In this document: positions 34,483 through 43,709 of the stretch, piece by piece
Position numbering within the stretch: the stretch's first letter is position 1
Layout: each line of letters begins with the position of its first letter
Source of the DNA: a virus
IMG/VR virus record: IMGVR_UViG_3300047494_000263
Location: 1-64,000 of that record
Reading direction: 5' to 3' (one strand)
DNA: 64,000 bases
Program-made: the position numbers and the translations under genes
The notes under the pieces: generated by a model
The model's database searches: none
The model's input: the letters and a program-made list of their open reading frames with translations, nothing else
What the model was told of the DNA's origin: nothing

Positions 34483-34788
34483 ATGAGCCAATCTGAATAC
34501 GATAACGAAATCGCTCCTGAGCTTCTCCGACTGGCGAACAGGTGCAAAGACCTTGGGATGCCCTTCACGGCGACAGTTGAATACGCCCCCGGCGAGAGGG
34601 GTGTGACAGCGTCTGGCATCGACGACAGCAATCTGGATATGACGATTCCATATCTCGCGAGCGTGGCCGGAAGCCGTCTCGACGACTTCATGGTCGCCCT
34701 CGTTCGCCGGATCCGGGCGATGGAGATTCCGCATTCATGTGTCTGCCTGACTTTGCAGGGGTTGGATGGGGACCCTAGCAAAAGATGA
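34483..34788 (+). CDS. hypothetical protein
   Basis: EYDNEIAPELLRLANRCKDLGMPF; operonic. Confidence 0.6.
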   Translation: MSQSEYDNEIAPELLRLANRCKDLGMPFTATVEYAPGERGVTASGIDDSNLDMTIPYLASVAGSRLDDFMVALVRRIRAMEIPHSCVCLTLQGLDGDPSKR

Positions 34789-34817
34789 GACCGTTAATTC
34801 GATTGTCAGAGCCGTCA

Positions 34818-35314
34818 TGAGCGCATCAGATACGTCGATCCTAAGCGGCAAGTCCAAATCAACTTCACGCCCGTTGGGCCAAACCATACCGGTGATGGGC
34901 CTTGCCGGGATCGTGTTTATCTCACTCCTGGTAGCGGGAGTGAGCTGCGGGTACGGCTCTCGATACTTCTTTCCTATTGAGCCCATCTCGTACTATCGGC
35001 AGCACTACGTGATTGAGTACGCGCTTCAGGTCCCGGGCGGCATGGAACGCGTCAGAAAATTCTTTCAAGATCAGTTGATGTCGTCCGGCCGCATCTTCCC
35101 TGAGGCGGCGGATAACTTCGACCGCGAGACGAAATATCTGGCGGCCCGAGCAACGGCATCGAACGCAGGGGTTGGCGCAGCGGTATGTCACGTGGATGCG
35201 GGCGTCGGCCCTGAGGCGGACAAAGAACCTCGCGACCGATGGACAATACATTGCAAGGCGGCTGGGCGTGACACAACAGAGTTTCTTCCAATCTCGCCCG
35301 TGGCCAGACCTTAG
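34818..35314 (+). CDS. membrane-anchored hypothetical protein
   Basis: One TM helix; operonic; start uncertain. Confidence 0.5.
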
Positions 35315-35371
35315 CGGCCCACGATAAGGGTCCCCCGGCGGTTGCCCGCAAGCTGTCAGCAGCCGCCAGAA

Positions 35372-35605
35372 CTAGACCGGGTCCTTTGCTGCCGCGTTGA
35401 AATCGATATTGCTCGGCACATTAATCTTTTCGCATAGCGCGTCAATACCCTCGTCGTCGAGCGAGGACATGATGTCGCCGCCATTGGTGGCAATCTCATG
35501 GATGGCGTCGCTGCGGTTGTGGGGCTCACCCATGCCGCGTTCCTGGTAAAAACGTAGCGCCGCCAATACGGTGGCCTGTTCAGCGTCGTCAAGTTCTAGT
35601 GGCAT
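35372..35605 (-). CDS. small hypothetical protein
   Basis: GAGGGA RBS; ATVLAALRFYQ. Confidence 0.6.
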   Translation of the reverse strand: MPLELDDAEQATVLAALRFYQERGMGEPHNRSDAIHEIATNGGDIMSSLDDEGIDALCEKINVPSNIDFNAAAKDPV

Positions 35606-35779
35606 GCTTCCCTCGGATGGTGTATCTCGCGATGTGCGCGATGTCTAAAAAAGCATAGCCGATGCGTGGCAGCACGTCAGGCGCTTACCGGTCATTCCGG
35701 GCATGTGCTTGGGGTGGAAAGATGTCAGCTCGTGTCCTATGTTTTGTAGACATATAGCCGAGCCAACAAGGACAACACA

Positions 35780-36481
35780 ATGGAATTCAATATTGAGGCG
35801 AACACCCTGACGGTCACGCGCGAGGAGGCCCAGACTGCGTTGCTTGCTCAACGAAATCAGTGGGCCGCGAACGAGGGTGCCGAGTACCTCAATGATGTTT
35901 TTAACTATGGTTTTACGGGTTTTGACGCTCGCACAAACGAAGATCTTGCTCAGATTTTGATCGAGAGCGACGCGTCCAGCTATTTCCCCGAAGCCAGTCG
36001 GCCCGACGACTTTGACGTGGAGACGTTTGAAGCGAGCAACGGCAAAATCGAAGTCATTGGAGAGGTGCCTGAGTCGGAGAAGCAGCAGATCCTGCGTGAG
36101 TCAGCTCGCGAGCATGCGCCAGAACTGGTTGCTGCCCTTACCGCGTTAGGCGACGTTGGAAACGATCGGGCTATAGTGCGCGAGATCGCTCAAAAAGCCC
36201 TGGCGCGCCTCGCCGTGCCGGAAATCGTTGTCGCGCCCTTGGGTCAAATCGAGGATGAAAGAGAGGTTAACAAGGGGCGCGCCATGCGGGCAGGCTTGGC
36301 CATCAAATTCTACGAGACCAACTTCTCGGATGATGGGGACGACAAAGAGACTATCGCGAGCGACCTGTTGACGAACATCATGCACTGGTGCGATCAGCAT
36401 GGCCTCGAGTTCAGCGATATGTCGAACCGAGCACGCGAAAATCACACCGCTGAAACGCTGTGTGAGACGGAGTCCTTCTAG
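35780..36481 (+). CDS. acidic hypothetical protein
   Basis: AAGGA RBS; C-terminal DLLTNIMHWCD motif. Confidence 0.75.
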   Translation: MEFNIEANTLTVTREEAQTALLAQRNQWAANEGAEYLNDVFNYGFTGFDARTNEDLAQILIESDASSYFPEASRPDDFDVETFEASNGKIEVIGEVPESEKQQILRESAREHAPELVAALTALGDVGNDRAIVREIAQKALARLAVPEIVVAPLGQIEDEREVNKGRAMRAGLAIKFYETNFSDDGDDKETIASDLLTNIMHWCDQHGLEFSDMSNRARENHTAETLCETESF

Positions 36482-36543
36482 GAAATAAGATTAAAAGACC
36501 CGGGGCTACCCGCACATCATCACATCGCGGAGGCCTAGGGCCC

Positions 36544-37023
36544 TTAGACCATGCGCATCCGAGTCGCCATGCGGCGGGCGATAGAAACATCTAGCACCAG
36601 TTTGTTTGGCTTGCAGCCTGGCTGGATTTCCTTGACGGTGCTAATGGCTTCCTCTCGGGTCAACCCGTCGCGCCGCATCAGGAAGGCGGCCGCGAGTGCA
36701 GGGGAGCGGCTGAGCGCCCCGGGGCAGCAAAACAGAATGACGCCCGGCGGCGCCTGCGCTGCGGCATCGAGGAGTGCGTTGACATCGTTTGGAAAGGCCC
36801 TATCAGGGTCGTCCGTGTTTTCGGTGTCTTTGAACCGGCGGATGGTCACGAAGTCATTGGGCTCAAACGGTAACTCGGCTCTTTCGTCGGCCGCGCCCAC
36901 AATGGCGATGACTGTGACACCCTTGGCCTCGAGACGCTCGATGGTTTGTTTACTGTGCATCCATGAAGCAACGCAAACGCCGAGATCCTTGGACCGGTCA
37001 AGTGCTGCATCCGTCAAATACAT
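36544..37023 (-). CDS. dual-specificity / protein-tyrosine phosphatase family protein
   Basis: CX5R P-loop FCCPGALSRS; AI..VK...P.CKPN. Confidence 0.8.
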   Translation of the reverse strand: MYLTDAALDRSKDLGVCVASWMHSKQTIERLEAKGVTVIAIVGAADERAELPFEPNDFVTIRRFKDTENTDDPDRAFPNDVNALLDAAAQAPPGVILFCCPGALSRSPALAAAFLMRRDGLTREEAISTVKEIQPGCKPNKLVLDVSIARRMATRMRMV

Positions 37024-37053
37024 CTTTGTGTCTCCGTACCGGTTGACTGCGTG

Positions 37054-37515
37054 CTAAGCGGAGGTGGGGCGCAAGAAGTTCATCGATTGCATGGCTTGCC
37101 CCAGCGGCGAGGTCTGCTTGGCTCTCGAGAACGCCATCTTGAAGTCCAATGGCTTGGAAATACCGACGATGGGGATCATCGGTCCGTTTCCCATCCCGTA
37201 GATGGCCAGTGAGCCGAAGTTGAAGATGCGCCCGAGGAAAGGCTGGAAGACCTGGACCGATTCGGTACGGTCGATTTCAAGTTCAAGGACATCGCGTCCA
37301 ATGAACCCGTGTTTGGCAACGATGCGGCGGTTCGTGACCGCGATCTCTGTGCTCTGATAACGGATGAAGGCCGCGATCAGCAGTATTGCTCCTACCCCGA
37401 TGGGGAGCAGCAGGAACCCGAAAAACAGGATTTTTAGCATGGACCAAAGGCTGATGTGGGCTCGGTAGACTAGGTCCTCCCCGGGCGCCATGGTGCTGTC
37501 GACGTAGCTGGCCAT
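37054..37515 (-). CDS. bacterial PH-domain (bPH_2) membrane protein
   Basis: TEIAVTNRRIVAKHGFI, ESVQVFQPFLGRIFNFGSL. Confidence 0.85.
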   Translation of the reverse strand: MASYVDSTMAPGEDLVYRAHISLWSMLKILFFGFLLLPIGVGAILLIAAFIRYQSTEIAVTNRRIVAKHGFIGRDVLELEIDRTESVQVFQPFLGRIFNFGSLAIYGMGNGPMIPIVGISKPLDFKMAFSRAKQTSPLGQAMQSMNFLRPTSA

Positions 37516-37720
37516 AAATGCAATCAAAAAAGCGGTCTTAATCCCGCACGTGTAGAGAATACCTTATAAACGACCACCGTCGGAAGAGGCATGGAAGCTC
37601 GAAGAGTCCCCTCTGGCCCGGCGTTTCATTGGCAGTTCGTCATGTCCCGGATTATCCAGATGATGTCGCAACTGACCTTTGGCCTGATTGAGCATCCGTC
37701 CTAAAAGATGCGCGTTGATC

Positions 37721-37978
37721 ATGGATTTGGTCGAGCGCAGCGATTCGGTCGCCGCCGTGCGTGAGTATCGCGACGCCGTCATCGCTTCGAAGCGAGAATT
37801 CTATGAATTCGATTGGGACGTGATGTTCCAGGTACATCGGTTCAAGACGGGGCAGGGCTATGACAGCGAGGAGTCTCGCGCCGCTCGCAAGGAACGGGAC
37901 GCTTCTAAGCGCGATTGTATTCTCGGGATGCCGTTGCCTAGGAGGATCGTAGGGCGCACGGCCAACTTTGGCTTATAG
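37721..37978 (+). CDS. hypothetical protein
   Basis: Short ORF, start uncertain. Confidence 0.4.
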   Translation: MDLVERSDSVAAVREYRDAVIASKREFYEFDWDVMFQVHRFKTGQGYDSEESRAARKERDASKRDCILGMPLPRRIVGRTANFGL

Positions 37979-38017
37979 ATGTTGCCCCGGATTCTCTGAC
38001 CGACTATCATGTGCCGA

Positions 38018-38238
38018 TGAGTAAAGAGGAATATTGCGCGCCGGTAAAAACTATCAAACTCGAACTAACCGTTCGGGTGGTTGAGGCAATAGACGGGCTT
38101 GTCAAAGTCGGGTTTTATGGGGCTTCGCGATCACAAGTCGCCGGGATGCTTATCGGGCGAGAGCTTGAAAGAATGGCGGCCAGCGGCACCCTAGAAGCCT
38201 TGATAAAAGCTCGCTCCGCGCAGCCGACAGATCAGTAA
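38018..38238 (+). CDS. ribbon-helix-helix (CopG/MetJ-like) DNA-binding protein
   Basis: TIKLEL...VEAIDGLVKVGFYGASRSQV. Confidence 0.55.
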
Positions 38239-39638
38239 CCGCCGGACGAATAATTCTCAAAGCGGGTATAGGTGCCAACAAACGTCAATCGTACCGAGCC
38301 GATCGGGCCGTTGCGCTGCTTGCCGATGATGATCTCGGCAGTACCCTTGTCCTGGGAATCCTCGTTGTAGACCTCATCGCGATAGATGAACAGGATTAAA
38401 TCGGCGTCCTGCTCCAGCGATCCGGATTCTCTCAGGTCGCTCATCACCGGCCGCTTGTTCGGCCGCTGCTCCAGGCTTCTGTTGAGCTGCGAGAGCGCTA
38501 TGACGGGGACATCCAGTTCTTTGGCGAGCGCTTTCAGGGATCGCGAGATCTCGGCCACTTCTGTGGCGCGGTTTTCGCCGGATCCGTTATTGCCTCCAGA
38601 CATCAGTTGGAGGTAGTCAACGATAATAAGCCCAAGTTTTCCGCACTGCCGCGCCAGTCGCCTGGCCCGCGCGCGCAGCTCGAGGGTGCTCAGTGCAGGG
38701 GTCTCATCAATAAACATCTGAGCGTTCTGCATTTTCTGAATGGCGTGTGTCAGCTTCGGCCAATCTTCGTCAGTAAGGCGCCCGGTGCGCACCTTGTGCT
38801 GATCGAGCTTCCCAACCGAACCTATCATGCGCATCGCCAGTTGCGCGCCACCCATTTCCATGGAGAATACCGCGACCGGTAATCCGAGATCGATGGCTAC
38901 GCTCTCACCTATGTTCAGCGCGAAGGCCGTCTTGCCCATCGAGGGGCGTCCGGCCACGATGATTAGGTCACCAGCTTGTAGGCCTGACGTCTTTTGATCC
39001 AAGTCTGCAAAGCCAGTTGCCACACCAGTGATGTCGCTGGGATTGTCCCGGTGGTAAAGCTCGTCAATCCTGGTAACGGCTTCCGTTAGCAACGGCTGCA
39101 GCGACACAAAACCTTTCGTGCCGCGTGAGCCGGCTTCGGCAATCGAGAAAACCTTCGACTCCGCTTCATCGAGCAGAGTCCTTGTTTCTCGACCTTGGGT
39201 ATTAAACGCCGATTCGGCAATCTCGTCACCGACAGCGATCAGACGGCGCAGTATCCCTCGATCTCTAACAATCTCGGCATAGCGCCGGATATTGGCGGCT
39301 GACGGCGTGCTTTGGGCGAGATCGTTCAGGTACTGCAGTCCGCCGACGTCGTCGGCTTTGTTAGTCGCCTGTAGAGCCTCGAACACCGTGATCACGTCGG
39401 CCGGTTGTGAGCGATCGATTAGGCGCTGGATCGTTGTGTAAATCAGCCGGTGATCGTATCGGTAGAAGTCTTCGACCCGCACCACGTCGCCGATCTTGTC
39501 CCATGCCGCGTTCTCCAGCAGCAAGCCACCCAACACAGACTGCTCGGCCTCATTTGAATGAGGCGGAACTCTCAGTCCATCTATCGAGGCATCTGCCGAC
39601 GGCGCACGACCTCTCCCGGGATTGGCGCGGTCGTTCAC
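38232..39638 (-). CDS. dnaB: replicative DNA helicase
   Basis: PPHSNEAEQSVLG, GRPSMGKT, IVDYLQL, LSQLNR, SDLRESGSLEQDAD, KQRNGP. Confidence 0.98.
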   Translation of the reverse strand: MNDRANPGRGRAPSADASIDGLRVPPHSNEAEQSVLGGLLLENAAWDKIGDVVRVEDFYRYDHRLIYTTIQRLIDRSQPADVITVFEALQATNKADDVGGLQYLNDLAQSTPSAANIRRYAEIVRDRGILRRLIAVGDEIAESAFNTQGRETRTLLDEAESKVFSIAEAGSRGTKGFVSLQPLLTEAVTRIDELYHRDNPSDITGVATGFADLDQKTSGLQAGDLIIVAGRPSMGKTAFALNIGESVAIDLGLPVAVFSMEMGGAQLAMRMIGSVGKLDQHKVRTGRLTDEDWPKLTHAIQKMQNAQMFIDETPALSTLELRARARRLARQCGKLGLIIVDYLQLMSGGNNGSGENRATEVAEISRSLKALAKELDVPVIALSQLNRSLEQRPNKRPVMSDLRESGSLEQDADLILFIYRDEVYNEDSQDKGTAEIIIGKQRNGPIGSVRLTFVGTYTRFENYSSGGY

Positions 39639-39870
39639 AGCGGTCGTGGCGATGCTGGCAGAAACATCTGTGGTTGCTGAAACTACGGGAAGACCAAGAT
39701 ATCTTAAAAACTATCGAAATGCTTAGTTGGTTTCCTCCCGTTCCTCACCTAATGTCGCGGACGACTTGCGACCTGAAAGAGCAGGTTCGGGACATTTCTA
39801 TCTATTCTCTCAGAGGTTGACTTTAAGAGGTGGGGAGGCAAAGAATTAGCTATTCTACAAGAACATATTT

Positions 39871-41325
39871 ATGGCTCATGCCCTTGCACCTGAAGTACAC
39901 GCCAAGCTCCAAGCGTCGCCCCTGAGCAGCGCGGACCTGCAGTTGCTCCTCGGACAGAGTCAGCCCGTGATGTCTCGCATCCTGTCGGAATTGACGGAGC
40001 AAGGGGACATTGTGGCCCTCGGTCGTTCACGCGCGCGGATTTACGCCGCGACCGATCGAATTCCGGGGCTTTCGGTGGCCGTCCCTACGTACCGAGTCGG
40101 CCAGCTGGGCGAGGCCAAACTTTATGGTGGGCTGGTTCCGCTTTCATCTGACCGCATGGCCTTTGTCGACCCGCGCGGGAATTTCGAAATTTTCTCGGGG
40201 CTACCTTGGTTTTTTCACGACATGCGTCCCCAAGGATTTCTTGGTCGGCTGTTTACGAGAGCCCATCCAGAACTGTTCGGTTCTGCTGACGGCCAACTCG
40301 ACATGACCCCGAGGGTGTCGGAATGGAGCGATCGGGACGTTTTACATGCACTTTCAGTGCGTGGTGAAGATTGCGTCGGTGATCTGATCCTCGGCGAAGA
40401 GTCGCTGCGTCGATTCAAAACCAATGTGTCGCATCCCCCTTTGGTAGTTGACCCTCAGGCCGCTTATCCGGAAATGGCCATCGCCACGTTACTTCACGGT
40501 TCAGCGGGATCGTCGGCGGGTGGAGAGCAGCCCAAGTTCCTTGCGAGCGTGCGGCGACCAGACGGGCAAGTCGCCCATGTGCTCGTGAAATTCTCGGGCC
40601 CGACAGATTCGGCGGTGGATGAACGAACCCGCGATCTACTGCTCGCCGAGAACCAGGCCCAGATCGCAATCGCCGAGTCTCCATTCGACGTTGTTGCCTC
40701 CGCCAGTCGGGTGATTCGCGCCGGCGGCCGTGTGTTTCTCGAAGTCGACCGTTTCGATCGCATCGGTGAATCGGGTCGCCGCGGGACGTTATCTCTCGGG
40801 GTTCTGGACGCACAGTTCTTAGGCCGCACAGGAAGCTGGTCCTCTCTCGCCGACGGGCTTGAGGAACAGGAATTGATCTCGCCGGCGGATGCCGACCGTA
40901 TACGGTTTCTCTATTACTTTGGCGAGTTTATAGGGAACACCGATATGCACCCGTGGAACTTATCGTTCTTTCGACCGCCGGATTTGCAGGCGCGCGTGTT
41001 CACATTAGCGCCTGCGTACGACATGCTCCCCATGACGTACGCGCCCGTTAGCGGTGAAATCGTCGAGCGTGATGACCGCACGTATTGCATGCGGAGCGGA
41101 TCCGGCAAAGATGTAGATATTCAACGGGAAGCCTTGCGCTGTGCACTGCTGTACTGGCAGAACGTTGCAGCTCTTAACGATATTTCTGACTCTTTCAAGA
41201 CGATCGTCGCGCGCAACCTTAAGAATCTCCAGTCGATTCCAAGCAAAGGAGCCAACCAATTCCTCGTTAGCCGGGTTGAGTCAGCCGATCGTCCGCACCA
41301 TCGACGCTCCCACGGCCTGAAGTGA
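39871..41325 (+). CDS. HipA-family kinase toxin, YjjJ/HipH-like with N-terminal HTH
   Basis: DMRPQGFLGR, SSAGGEQPKF, RFDR, GNTDMHPWN, LAPAYDMLP. Confidence 0.9.
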   Translation: MAHALAPEVHAKLQASPLSSADLQLLLGQSQPVMSRILSELTEQGDIVALGRSRARIYAATDRIPGLSVAVPTYRVGQLGEAKLYGGLVPLSSDRMAFVDPRGNFEIFSGLPWFFHDMRPQGFLGRLFTRAHPELFGSADGQLDMTPRVSEWSDRDVLHALSVRGEDCVGDLILGEESLRRFKTNVSHPPLVVDPQAAYPEMAIATLLHGSAGSSAGGEQPKFLASVRRPDGQVAHVLVKFSGPTDSAVDERTRDLLLAENQAQIAIAESPFDVVASASRVIRAGGRVFLEVDRFDRIGESGRRGTLSLGVLDAQFLGRTGSWSSLADGLEEQELISPADADRIRFLYYFGEFIGNTDMHPWNLSFFRPPDLQARVFTLAPAYDMLPMTYAPVSGEIVERDDRTYCMRSGSGKDVDIQREALRCALLYWQNVAALNDISDSFKTIVARNLKNLQSIPSKGANQFLVSRVESADRPHHRRSHGLK

Positions 41326-41397
41326 CGCAGCTGCCTGCGTCCTACGGGAGGCTTGCTTCGGCAGGCTAGGGCGACTCATCGTAGCGCTGCTGACGGC

Positions 41398-41910
41398 TTA
41401 ATGGGTACGAAAAGAGTTCCATTTGCTGGTATCGAGTCGCATGCTGGCGTAGACCTCGAAAAGATACATCTCGACGGCATTGGAGATCGGCACAAAGGCG
41501 ATCGACATTTCCTGGAGCTTCTTCTGACTCGCTAGAAAAGCGGCGGCGAATTCCTCGTCCAGCATTGCCTGTTCCCGTCGGAACTGGTGAGGGTGCATAG
41601 CCTTGGCCATCCGGTAGACCAGTGAAGCCGAAAAGTGGGAGCGATGATTCAGGTGCTGAATCAGCCGTTTGATGACAGCCCTGGAGATGCCGACATATTC
41701 GGGCGTAGTGCCGTCAAAGAAGACATAGCATCCGGGGAAGTCCGCGCGGTGCCCGATCTTGGTTAACGCTGCCTTTGTGCAACTCTTGAAACCTACCAAG
41801 TCTTTGGCTGCGATTGGCGCCTTCATCGATTCCTCGAGTTCAGCAAAGAGTCTCGGCAGCTCAGTCTTGGCGAGGTCGTCGAATGTGAATTGGCAACCGT
41901 CGATGGCCAT
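41398..41910 (-). CDS. GIY-YIG nuclease family protein
   Basis: PGCYVF...YVGISR.VIKRLIQH; YLFEVY; NSFRTH. Confidence 0.75.
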   Translation of the reverse strand: MAIDGCQFTFDDLAKTELPRLFAELEESMKAPIAAKDLVGFKSCTKAALTKIGHRADFPGCYVFFDGTTPEYVGISRAVIKRLIQHLNHRSHFSASLVYRMAKAMHPHQFRREQAMLDEEFAAAFLASQKKLQEMSIAFVPISNAVEMYLFEVYASMRLDTSKWNSFRTH

Positions 41911-41911
41911 G

Positions 41912-42571
41912 TCACACCTTATCTTTTTTGTAGGCTAGCTCGAGAGGGGCGATCGCCGCCGCCTGCGCCTCCCGTAGCATGAGCCAGTCAGTGACCCACT
42001 GTCCTCCGGCGCCATGAGTGACATCAATCTTCGGGGACGAGTTCTTGTGCCGTGTATTCACGAGAGGGCGAAGTGTGTGGATAAGCTTCGCCTCGACATC
42101 GTCCAGTTTTGCGTCCCCGCTTACTGCGCCAATCCAGACGACGACCTGTTCAGCGAACCGAAAGCCAGCCTTTAGAATTGGTTCGAGGCTCGCGAAATGA
42201 TGCAGAAGGTAATTGGTCTTGGGATCGTCGTGATCGAGTTCCCACCAAACTTCAGCGGCGCTGGCTAATGTAGGAAGACCAAGCCCTTCAGGCTCGCCAA
42301 AGCACTTCGGAATCTTGTAGCGACCGCCAATGAGCGACATAAAGTGGTCGCGTAGGCGCGTCTGAATGGAGGTGCTCTTGGTGGCTTTCCCAACGTACCA
42401 AAGTACGAAGCCTTGATCAGTAGGAAAGCCCCAGGCGTAGACGCCTTCCTTGCGCATGGTCTTCGATTGGTCCGCGGCTTTACCGCGACCCAGCAGGACA
42501 GCTGCAGAAAGGGGCATGAAATCGTGCCAGTCGACAGTGGCGGTGGGGGTAATTGGCGGCGTTAGCGTCAT
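41912..42571 (-). CDS. GIY-YIG nuclease family protein
   Basis: GVYAW...WYVGKA...RLRDHF; VEAKLI..LRPLVN. Confidence 0.7.
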   Translation of the reverse strand: MTLTPPITPTATVDWHDFMPLSAAVLLGRGKAADQSKTMRKEGVYAWGFPTDQGFVLWYVGKATKSTSIQTRLRDHFMSLIGGRYKIPKCFGEPEGLGLPTLASAAEVWWELDHDDPKTNYLLHHFASLEPILKAGFRFAEQVVVWIGAVSGDAKLDDVEAKLIHTLRPLVNTRHKNSSPKIDVTHGAGGQWVTDWLMLREAQAAAIAPLELAYKKDKV

Positions 42572-42882
42572 GGCAGTGAGAGTGGCTCGGGATCGTCGGC
42601 GTCGCAGCCCATCCCGAGCCCGAGAATGGAGGCGACATGTACGGAGAGTTGTCCAGAGAGGTGTGTCGGGACGTCATCACGGCGGAGAAGATATTTGCCG
42701 GGATCACGCACCAAACCGCAGTAGGTCCGGTCGCCTTCGATACCCAGGGCAATGCATGGTCCAGTATGGCAATCGAGGAACTCGCTCGCCAACGCGCAAG
42801 GTTGCTCGGTGCAGCACCAGCCGCACTGGTTGCAGGGGGCGGCAAACTTTGGTTTGGCCACCCGGATCGGAATCGAAGCCAA
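42568..42882 (-). CDS. Cys-cluster (YkgJ-like CxxCxxCC) metal-binding protein
   Basis: PCNQCGWCC...PC...GPCIAL...CGL. Confidence 0.7.
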   Translation of the reverse strand: MASIPIRVAKPKFAAPCNQCGWCCTEQPCALASEFLDCHTGPCIALGIEGDRTYCGLVRDPGKYLLRRDDVPTHLSGQLSVHVASILGLGMGCDADDPEPLSLP

Positions 42883-42886
42883 CGGT

Positions 42887-43561
42887 CTAGCTGCTCGAGT
42901 CTAGGGCCAATCGGATGGTTGCGGCTGTCTTTGGGCCGACGCCCTTGACGGCGCGTAGCTCGTCCTCAGACGCCGCGAAGATCGCGCGGACGGATCCAAA
43001 GTGACCGAGCAGGGCTTTCGCGGTGCTCGCCCCGCAACCTGGTAGGCCTTCGACGATGTAGCGAGCTGCTGATGGCCCGGATTTGGGCTTCGGCGAAGCC
43101 CGCAGCGGCAACTCGTACCCAAGACCGTGTGTCGCATGGATGGCCATGCGCCAGATCAGATGCGGCGTTCTTGCCACGCTGGGTGACCACATCAGGTCGA
43201 CGGCAGACAGAAGCGAGATGTAGGACAGAGCGCCGTCGATGGCTTCCGGGGTGATCGCGCTGCGGGTCTTGTACGGATCGCCCTCGATGAGAACGATGCT
43301 GTGCCTGTATTCGATCTGCATGCGCGCCATCTGCTCGAACAGATGTCCACTCATGACGCTATTGACGAAGTCGGTCGCTTCTTTACGCTCGATCGCCACA
43401 CCCTCGGCAATCACATAGTCACCGCTTGGAAGCTGTGCCTGGGTGGCTGTGACGCCAGGGAACTTCTGTAACGCTGCCAGCGTGCCGGCGCGCAGCTCCT
43501 GGCTGTCAACCGTGATGGTGACGGGCTTGACGCTGCTCTGCGCGCTGTCTTCTGCAGCCAT
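42887..43561 (-). CDS. XPF/Hef/Mus81 (ERCC4) nuclease with tandem HhH, no helicase
   Basis: VDSQE, GDYVI, IERKEATDF, LIEGD; HhH motifs LPGCG and VKGVGPKTA. Confidence 0.9.
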   Translation of the reverse strand: MAAEDSAQSSVKPVTITVDSQELRAGTLAALQKFPGVTATQAQLPSGDYVIAEGVAIERKEATDFVNSVMSGHLFEQMARMQIEYRHSIVLIEGDPYKTRSAITPEAIDGALSYISLLSAVDLMWSPSVARTPHLIWRMAIHATHGLGYELPLRASPKPKSGPSAARYIVEGLPGCGASTAKALLGHFGSVRAIFAASEDELRAVKGVGPKTAATIRLALDSSS

Positions 43562-43709
43562 AGGATCCTCGGGATTGGCGCGCCCGCCAAGTTGCAGGCC
43601 GATGCAATCTACCAGTTCCGGCCGAAAAGTGACAAGCGAAGGCAACTCGCGTGGACGAATTCGAAGAAAGGGCTATCTTTTTCTGAGACCTAAGACTACG
43701 AAACGAGCC

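Noticed and set aside
43443-43709. N-terminal extensions given by the ORF track (also 8566-8667, 11537-11644, 18236-18397, 20645-20776, 32021-32173)
   Set aside because: They overlap neighbouring genes or promoter regions; downstream ATGs fit domain boundaries better.
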